A stretch of DNA of 23,944 nucleotides, taken from contig JAOPTW010000060.1 of assembly GCA_051532035.1 (NCBI GenBank), positions 1 through 23,944 on the forward strand, written 5' to 3'. Under the pieces are notes generated by a model. The model saw only the letters and a program-made list of their open reading frames with translations, was not told the origin of the DNA and did not search any database. Position numbers and translations under genes: made by a program. This stretch comes from Fibrobacterales bacterium (GTDB taxonomy: Bacteria > Fibrobacterota > Fibrobacteria > Fibrobacterales > JAOPTW01). This document shows, piece by piece, positions 17,301 to 23,944 of this stretch; within the stretch, counting starts at the first letter, position 1, and each line of letters opens with the position of its first letter.

Positions 17301-18428
17301 TCAGAACACCATAGAAATGAGATAATAACAGGTGCCACTGATAAGCGCCGCAATGGGAAGTGTCATTACCCACGAAAACACAATATTTCTGATCACGGTA
17401 AGGTCTACCTTCTTTGACACGGTGCTCATACCAAATATTGAACCCACAGAGACATGAGTTGTAGAAACAGGCATCCCATGGATACTTGCTGTTGTTACGA
17501 GCAACCCCGTAACAAGGTTTGCAGTAAATCCTTGACCATTACTCATACTGGTTATTTTTTTACTCACCGTCTCGCCCACTTTTCGGGCATTCAAAAGGCC
17601 CCCAATTGCCATAGCCAACGCAATTGCCAGCATTCCATAACTAATATTAAAAGCATTTATTATAAGAAGGAGGCCCACAATTTTTGGAGTATCATTTAAC
17701 CCTCGGGCAAAACTCACGACCCCCGCACTGATAAAATGAAAAAATCGTAATACCGACTCCTCTGTTATTGCAAAACGAGCGGTATCTGAAGGAGCTTCAC
17801 ACGCTATTTGACTTCCGTAGGTAAGTGTGGGTGTCGTTGTATTAAAAAGCATCGCAGTGCCCCCAGCGCCACTCGCAATACGAGTCTCTGTACCAACACA
17901 GATACAATCATTTTTTGCATTTTCTGTAGAACGTTTTTTGAGGGCACGCACCTTCTTAATGACGAGGTATATACTTAAACTCATCACCGCAGCCATTAAT
18001 GGACTAACAATAAGAGGAAAGAGAAAAACAGAGAGGAGTCGTTCAAAATTAAAGAGCATTCCCACAGCCACTACCCCGGCGCCAAACAGCGCCCCCACGA
18101 GTCCATGAGTGGTAGAAATCGGCATTCCAATACGAGTAGCAAGCAAAACGGTTATAGCTGCCCCAAGGGCAATTGAAGTACCAAACTCAGGAGTCTGTAA
18201 TATCTCTACCGGTACCAAACCTTTGCCCGAGAAGTTTTTTACCAATGCCGAAGCAAGAAAGATAGAGGTCACCGATCCTAAAAAGGTTGTGATGGTTGCC
18301 CATCTGATCGCCACTTTATAATTGGTGCTATTGGTGCCAAAAAGGGTTGCAACCCCTTTAAAATTATCATTTGCCCCGTTACTGTAGGCTAAAAAAAGTG
18401 CAGCTAAGAAGAGTCCTATGGTAATCAT
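17301..18428 (-). CDS. Inorganic phosphate transporter (PiT/PHO4 family; anion permease)
   Basis: GGAG SD before ATG 18428. Signature NGANDNFKG, PISTTHGLVGA, second repeat RGLNDTPK, PVSTTHVSVGSI. Multiple TM segments. Confidence 0.92.
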   Translation of the reverse strand: MITIGLFLAALFLAYSNGANDNFKGVATLFGTNSTNYKVAIRWATITTFLGSVTSIFLASALVKNFSGKGLVPVEILQTPEFGTSIALGAAITVLLATRIGMPISTTHGLVGALFGAGVVAVGMLFNFERLLSVFLFPLIVSPLMAAVMSLSIYLVIKKVRALKKRSTENAKNDCICVGTETRIASGAGGTAMLFNTTTPTLTYGSQIACEAPSDTARFAITEESVLRFFHFISAGVVSFARGLNDTPKIVGLLLIINAFNISYGMLAIALAMAIGGLLNARKVGETVSKKITSMSNGQGFTANLVTGLLVTTASIHGMPVSTTHVSVGSIFGMSTVSKKVDLTVIRNIVFSWVMTLPIAALISGTCYYLISMVF

Positions 18429-18561
18429 ACCCTGCTCCAGAAGTTTTGTTACTTCTTTAGTATTGAAGTAAAGGCAACCATTACACACTTTATTGAAATT
18501 TTATTAAAAGGATGTTTTTAGCTCAAAACGCGACAAAAGAGTAGTGCCGAAAGAATAGTGC

Positions 18562-20163
18562 CTATTGAGGCCCCCGGGCAGAAAACGACGCTTTAATATC
18601 AGATTTAAGTAACGCAACTCCAGTTTCCCATTCACGATATTTTTCATCACTGCCAAAGAACTCTTCACTCTCTTTCTTCACTTCAAGGTCAAGGAGCGCT
18701 ACCCATTCATCAATTTTTTCAAAGATATACTCTTCGTTCATATAAGTACTGTAGAATTCCTCTTTGAGAGTATCATGTTCATTTGCATAGAGTGTGAGCA
18801 TATGTATAATATCATCACAAGCCGCTGAACGTTGTTTACCTAACATTCCATCAAATGGTTCACACTCATTACGAGTTTTATTCCATGCATCTTGTACCAA
18901 AGTAAAGGTATTATGTATGTTATCGGGATTTACATTATCAAAAGCATTGTCCATATCCCATGGAATAAGATGGAGTTTTTGAGTTGCCGGTTCTTGGTAC
19001 CAAAACAAATTATGAGGATAACAACCCACACCCTCACTACAGTACCATTTAAACATTCCATCATCATTTGCAATGGCTCGGTCAACCACCACATTACGAA
19101 GTATTTCATCGACGGCAAAATACTTTTCAAATATCTTTTTACGATTAACATCTCCATCTGCATTCAGAAACTGAGTGATGACATCCACCATCTGAGAAGC
19201 ATCTGGTGAATCTTCGTTGGTTTTCAAGAGGTCTTCCAATATATATGCTGGCATAGGCGTACCTTCATTAGCTACTGGCCATGCTTCTTTAAAAAGGTTC
19301 CCCTCTGAATCATCAGGAAAGTGGTGTTCAACAAACTCTTTGTCTACCTGCTCGATAACACCATACAGTCCCATATAGGTATCATTAAAATAGAGATGTG
19401 CATTCGAACTTCGCGAAGCAGGTACGTCAAAAATATTATACAGGTGATACGCCAATCGGTCATGCAATTTAGAAGCATCGAGATTTTGACTATGGAGTTG
19501 CAATTTACGGAGTCCATAAAAACGACCTCCCGTATCTTTCCAATTAAATTTAATTTTCACGGAACACTTGGCTCCTTCTATCTTAGGAGTAGTTTGACTA
19601 AAAATATCTTGCGTACATCCGACCCAACCCCCAACAGAACCTTTATAGCGCACACCTACAGGTTGAATAGTATCACCTTCAAAGACAAGTTTTGCCTCTA
19701 CATACTCTTCTCGTCCAGGCATTTTATCGAGATATTCCCAATCATTTTCATCAACTAAAATTTGATAGCTCCGCACAACACTCGGATCAAAAATATATGC
19801 AGGCTTTTTCTTGAGTTCTTCTGCTACACTACTTTCTGCACCAAGTTCTTGAGAAGATTGAGCCGTACCTGAAGTATTCGCTTCGCTACTCGCTTGAGAT
19901 GACCCCTGAGAACTTTCACCGGGAAGAGCATTACTTGATTGCCCCGATTCACCGCCCCCGATACCACTCGAACCGATGTTTTCATTATGAGAAGAAGATA
20001 GTGTACTCATCTGTTGAGAGGATTCATCTCCCTCTGCATCCATTGAAGAGCGTATATCTGGATTTTGAACCGTATCTGAACAGGCTAAAATCAAAGCAAC
20101 ACATATAAAGAAAAGTCCTAACAATCGAATACTTTTTATTGCCCTAGAATTTACTGCAACCAT
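18562..20163 (-). CDS. CotH kinase family lipoprotein with Ser/Gly-rich linker
   Basis: GAGGGA SD. Lipobox LILA-C. Motifs VGVRYKG, SVKIKF, FYGLRKLQL, YMGLYGVIEQVD, NDDG, HNLFWY, IPWDMDNAF. Confidence 0.88.
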   Translation of the reverse strand: MVAVNSRAIKSIRLLGLFFICVALILACSDTVQNPDIRSSMDAEGDESSQQMSTLSSSHNENIGSSGIGGGESGQSSNALPGESSQGSSQASSEANTSGTAQSSQELGAESSVAEELKKKPAYIFDPSVVRSYQILVDENDWEYLDKMPGREEYVEAKLVFEGDTIQPVGVRYKGSVGGWVGCTQDIFSQTTPKIEGAKCSVKIKFNWKDTGGRFYGLRKLQLHSQNLDASKLHDRLAYHLYNIFDVPASRSSNAHLYFNDTYMGLYGVIEQVDKEFVEHHFPDDSEGNLFKEAWPVANEGTPMPAYILEDLLKTNEDSPDASQMVDVITQFLNADGDVNRKKIFEKYFAVDEILRNVVVDRAIANDDGMFKWYCSEGVGCYPHNLFWYQEPATQKLHLIPWDMDNAFDNVNPDNIHNTFTLVQDAWNKTRNECEPFDGMLGKQRSAACDDIIHMLTLYANEHDTLKEEFYSTYMNEEYIFEKIDEWVALLDLEVKKESEEFFGSDEKYREWETGVALLKSDIKASFSARGPQ

Positions 20164-20307
20164 CTTCCCTCACCCGTCCATATTCACAAAACACAATTTT
20201 TCTGCTATTGATAAAAATATATTTTGGATGGTGAGTAAGGAGAATAATATGCATTAATTACGCTCCTTTTCTTAAGCAAACATGCTGAGAACACTAGTGG
20301 GGATTAA

Positions 20308-22017
20308 TTAAAAAATTTCGGACCAGAAGCTTTGCGGAGTTCCCCTTGTAGGAAATAAAGCCGAATTATACCGTGTTGACGCCATCGAACCGCCCATAAT
20401 TAATTGTTCAATTACAATGGGCACATCAAGAGTATTGGTCATTTGATACATAATTCGGTCACCCATGAGGGCTATTCGATCTACTATTGATCCATCGGTT
20501 ATAGAATCAATAACCACAACCGTATCATCAGTATATATCTTCAGCTTCTGAGTATCTGTTACCCACAAAACCCTCTCCCCATCTGTTGCAATGAGTGATA
20601 CCCCTTCAGGCTCCACCACAATATCTTTAACGTCAATACCATCAAAACTTCTTATAGTATCTGTACCAGATCGAAGGCCCGTATTCCAAACCATATAGTG
20701 AGAATGTAAGGCTATTACTCCAACCCCAGCAATTGAATCAAATGGGATAGTATCTAAAGTACGAATACCAATTTGGGGAGTCCAGACATTGATCTCTGTA
20801 ATACCCTCAACATACTGTGTTGAAGAAAAACTAAACCAATCATCATAAGCCTGAAGGTTATTAGCCTCTCCTTCTGTATTTAATACCTCAAGACTATCTG
20901 TACCATACATATACACTATTTGCTGTAATTCTGCAGTAACAATAAGTTGGTCAGTAACCAGCTGGCCAGCAAGACTCGGAACAGTATCAATTACTTTTTC
21001 CTGTCTGATATCGTAAATCACATTTTCAACATAGGAAGTACCTACAGCCGGGTAAACACTTATGACTAAACGGTCCCCCCAGAGTTGAATAATTCGATTT
21101 GAAGAGTCAGAAGGCTTATAGGTCAACGTTGCCGGAATATTATCTAAATCCGGAAACATTGGTTCCGTTAACTTGAATAACCCCGGATGAGAGAGTTTAT
21201 GGAGCGAGTCACCTTCCCAGAGCCAAAAATCACCCTGCTGATCATTAAAAGGGAAAGTAAAGAACACCGTTCGATCAAGGTATGAAGCACTATAGATAGG
21301 CTGAGAGTCAGGTTGAAACAAAGACCGAACTCCATTGCTATACCACTGTCGCATATCTTCATTTCCCTCGACCTCTATCACCAACGCACTCGCCCTTAAA
21401 TGAAGACTATCAACTTGATGAGTAACAGTATCAATAGCTCCATCAGTAATAACGCTATCAACAACTGAAACTTCACTATTACCATACTCTTTAATTACCC
21501 CAACAGAATCCCCTTCTTCTACAATGATTAGGGTACTCTCTGTAAATTCATTTACGGCGGTAAGATAGACGCTTCGATCATCTAAATAATACACCAAAGA
21601 GTCTTCTAAAAATTGGGGGAGTTCATCAGAAAACCAAAACATACGTTTCACACCAATCTCATCAGTAAGTCGAAAGGCCTTCAAAGGGCTTAGAGGAATA
21701 GTAAGATGTTGGCTATTCTGAGAAAACACATAAGACTCAATTACTTCTGCATAGTCCCACTCTTTTTTCACAACAACACTATATTCTCTCTCTTCGATAT
21801 GAGTGAATGTAAACTGCCCGTTTTTATCACTGACTGTTTCGTAAAGCAGAGAATCAGGAAGAGGTGCATTATATAATGCGACTTTCGCTGCAACAGGGTT
21901 ATCACCTACTACTACAATTCCTGAGAGTGAATTACCAGACGACTCATTTGATACACTACACCCAGCTATACTAATGAGTATCAGTATGAGTAAATTAAAA
22001 TGAATATATGCCCGCAT
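20308..22017 (-). CDS. Lipoprotein with N-terminal carboxypeptidase-regulatory-like domain and probable C-terminal beta-propeller
   Basis: AAGGGA SD. Lipobox SIAG-C. TVSDKNGQFTFTHIEEREYSV. Blade-like segments LQAYDDWFSF, IALHSHYMVW, IATDGERVLW, IALMGDRIMY. Confidence 0.7.
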   Translation of the reverse strand: MRAYIHFNLLILILISIAGCSVSNESSGNSLSGIVVVGDNPVAAKVALYNAPLPDSLLYETVSDKNGQFTFTHIEEREYSVVVKKEWDYAEVIESYVFSQNSQHLTIPLSPLKAFRLTDEIGVKRMFWFSDELPQFLEDSLVYYLDDRSVYLTAVNEFTESTLIIVEEGDSVGVIKEYGNSEVSVVDSVITDGAIDTVTHQVDSLHLRASALVIEVEGNEDMRQWYSNGVRSLFQPDSQPIYSASYLDRTVFFTFPFNDQQGDFWLWEGDSLHKLSHPGLFKLTEPMFPDLDNIPATLTYKPSDSSNRIIQLWGDRLVISVYPAVGTSYVENVIYDIRQEKVIDTVPSLAGQLVTDQLIVTAELQQIVYMYGTDSLEVLNTEGEANNLQAYDDWFSFSSTQYVEGITEINVWTPQIGIRTLDTIPFDSIAGVGVIALHSHYMVWNTGLRSGTDTIRSFDGIDVKDIVVEPEGVSLIATDGERVLWVTDTQKLKIYTDDTVVVIDSITDGSIVDRIALMGDRIMYQMTNTLDVPIVIEQLIMGGSMASTRYNSALFPTRGTPQSFWSEIF

Positions 22018-22102
22018 TATGTCCCTTTCTCATGTGAGAGACTGTATTGTAGCTTTTTTAATAGAGCTTTCGTATTTGATTAATCTTTTTTTACAATGTC
22101 AC

Positions 22103-22143
22103 AAAAAAAGCTCCAACTACCGCAAGGGTAGTTGGAGCTTTTT
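22103..22143 (-). terminator. Rho-independent terminator (possibly bidirectional)
   Basis: AAAAAAAGCTCCAACTACC-GCAAG-GGTAGTTGGAGCTTTTT forms a perfect stem. T7 tail on the minus strand, 20 nt after the stop of the GLUG gene. Confidence 0.9.
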
Positions 22144-22163
22144 AAGGCGGTGTAAATGTCGTA

Positions 22164-23942
22164 TTAGTGAAATTTGACTATTACTAACCCATGAGTGAGA
22201 AATGGAGGGAGGGAACCCTCACCCATATGTACACTGCCTTCTGTAATTTTTTTACCATGTATAGAATAAAGAGTATAGTAATTCGCAAACTCCGGCGCAT
22301 TTTGAATCGTAGTATTAACATCATTCGACCTCACCATACGAGAATATCGACCTCCATTATGTCTATGTATTACGACAGGAGATACCCCTATAGAATCGAT
22401 TGCACTACTTGAGTATCCAAACTCCGATGAACTTGAAAGCCCCTCGTTGCCAATACTTCCTGAATAACTGACATTTGAACTTCCTTGCACAATGCTATCA
22501 CTGCCAATAACCTCGCCCCCATCAGTTGGTATTACAGGATCGCCGCCACCTGTTGTAGTACCCGGTGTCGTATCCGGTGTACCAGTACTTATTGATTCTG
22601 GAACATCATTTACTACCACTGTGAGAATGACATCGGCTGTAGTATCGATCCCATCAGTGACTCTAACCGGCACAGCAAGGGAACCGAAATAATCTTGAAC
22701 AGGAGTTATCATCGCCCCATTAACCGTATAGTGATCACCCGCTCCTAAGAGTATCTGAAGTGCGTCACCATCAATATCAGTACCATCCGTCATCGCAAGA
22801 GACACAGTCAGTACCGCTTCTTCTAACATACTTTGTGGATATGCTTCAGTAAGGGTCGGTAGGTCATTAGAAGGGGTCACTACTACTACTACGGTCCCTG
22901 TTGTAGTTAAATCACCATCAGAAACAACATACGTTATCGTTGACGAGCCATTCCAATCAGCCACTGGAGTATACACCACCGATGCACCATCTTCAACGAT
23001 ACCTCCTGACAATTCAGTACTCGAATAACTCACCAGAGAAATAAAATCATTCTCTGGATCATAATCATTTGCGAGGAACATCTGAGGAACAATGGTATGC
23101 GTGCCATCTTCAGCCACAACCACGGTATCTTCCATTGCTATTGGTGCACTATTGATACTATTGGTTAAGAATGCAATCCCCATGCTCCACAACGTGTCTC
23201 CTGAGTCTATTTGCTTCATTAACCGGTACATGACTGTGTCTTGAGTGCCTTTGGGAACTGATTGAGGAAATGAATACCACGTCAACGAATCGGTTGTTCC
23301 CTGACCATCAATAGTCTCAATTGAGAACATCATTGACGCTTCAGGAGCGCCCCCGTCAAAGTCATTATCCATCAAACGTGCAAGGTTAAATGAACTCCCG
23401 ACTGAAAAAGTATCGGGAGCAGCAAAAGGAGGTGTTTCCATATCTTGTAATACAGGATGCGTTTCGCCTTCATTCATCATCCAGGTAGAATCAAAATCCC
23501 AATAATAGAAGGACTGTCTTTTGAATAGTGCACTATCAGATAACAAGGCATAATCCTTTCCATTCATTCCATCCGACCACTCTTGACTGGTAACTGCTGC
23601 ATTCCAAAAAGAGTGAGTAATCGTTCCCGTAGAATACGAGGTAATGCCTCCACCAAAGAGATCTTCGACGTACCCACCTGCATAACTTGCTGAAATAAGT
23701 CCACCATTGTACCCACTGATTCCTGCACCTTCATTTCCTTTGACTGTGCTATAGGTATAAGTATTGGTTATTTCACCGGGGCTATTGCTATTACTACACG
23801 AATGATCTCCTTGTACTTCACCCGCAATACCACCAACAGCAGACTCTCCTTTTACAATTCCTGAAGTAAAACTCCGATCGATCACTCCTTGTAAATAACC
23901 AACGAGACCACCAACATTGTAATCCCCATGTACAGATCCAAC
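22164..23942 (-). CDS. Large surface protein with GLUG motifs, Ig/cadherin-like (tandem-95 type) domains, Ser/Thr linker and C-terminal module; 5' truncated by window
   Basis: The frame is open past 23885 to the window edge (VGSVHGDYNVGGLVGYLQG). VGGLVG/VGGIAG GLUG motifs. NSAPIAMED...ED...LANDYDPEND...YTPVADWNG...YVVSDG...NDLP Ig-like repeats. Confidence 0.88.
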   Translation of the reverse strand, partial: VGSVHGDYNVGGLVGYLQGVIDRSFTSGIVKGESAVGGIAGEVQGDHSCSNSNSPGEITNTYTYSTVKGNEGAGISGYNGGLISASYAGGYVEDLFGGGITSYSTGTITHSFWNAAVTSQEWSDGMNGKDYALLSDSALFKRQSFYYWDFDSTWMMNEGETHPVLQDMETPPFAAPDTFSVGSSFNLARLMDNDFDGGAPEASMMFSIETIDGQGTTDSLTWYSFPQSVPKGTQDTVMYRLMKQIDSGDTLWSMGIAFLTNSINSAPIAMEDTVVVAEDGTHTIVPQMFLANDYDPENDFISLVSYSSTELSGGIVEDGASVVYTPVADWNGSSTITYVVSDGDLTTTGTVVVVVTPSNDLPTLTEAYPQSMLEEAVLTVSLAMTDGTDIDGDALQILLGAGDHYTVNGAMITPVQDYFGSLAVPVRVTDGIDTTADVILTVVVNDVPESISTGTPDTTPGTTTGGGDPVIPTDGGEVIGSDSIVQGSSNVSYSGSIGNEGLSSSSEFGYSSSAIDSIGVSPVVIHRHNGGRYSRMVRSNDVNTTIQNAPEFANYYTLYSIHGKKITEGSVHMGEGSLPPFLTHGLVIVKFH

Positions 23943-23944
23943 AG

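Overview
Gene-dense bacterial window dominated by exported proteins. Two fibro-slime (PA14-like) proteins, many poly-Ser linkers and the C-terminal modules suggest phylum Fibrobacterota (inference). Contents: the 3' end of a TPR gene, a Ser-tethered esterase lipoprotein, a ricin/CBM13-GH97 glycosidase, a fibro-slime lipoprotein with 12 Cys/Asp-rich repeats, a LamG-like lipoprotein, an orphan solute-binding protein, a frameshifted IS3-family transposase relic not resolved by the ORF track, a VWA lipoprotein, a second fibro-slime protein, a stand-alone FMN-binding glutamate-synthase-family protein, three hypotheticals, a PiT transporter, a CotH-kinase lipoprotein, a beta-propeller lipoprotein and the 3' part of a GLUG/Ig-like surface protein. 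No rRNA, tRNA or CRISPR array was seen. Best leads: the teneurin-like repeat array, a shared T9SS-like C-terminal module on two non-lipoproteins, and a speculative link between the CotH kinase, the phosphate transporter and the Ser-rich linkers. Family calls come from motif recognition by eye; no database search was run. Several starts were moved downstream of the ORF-track start based on SD sites and signal peptides.
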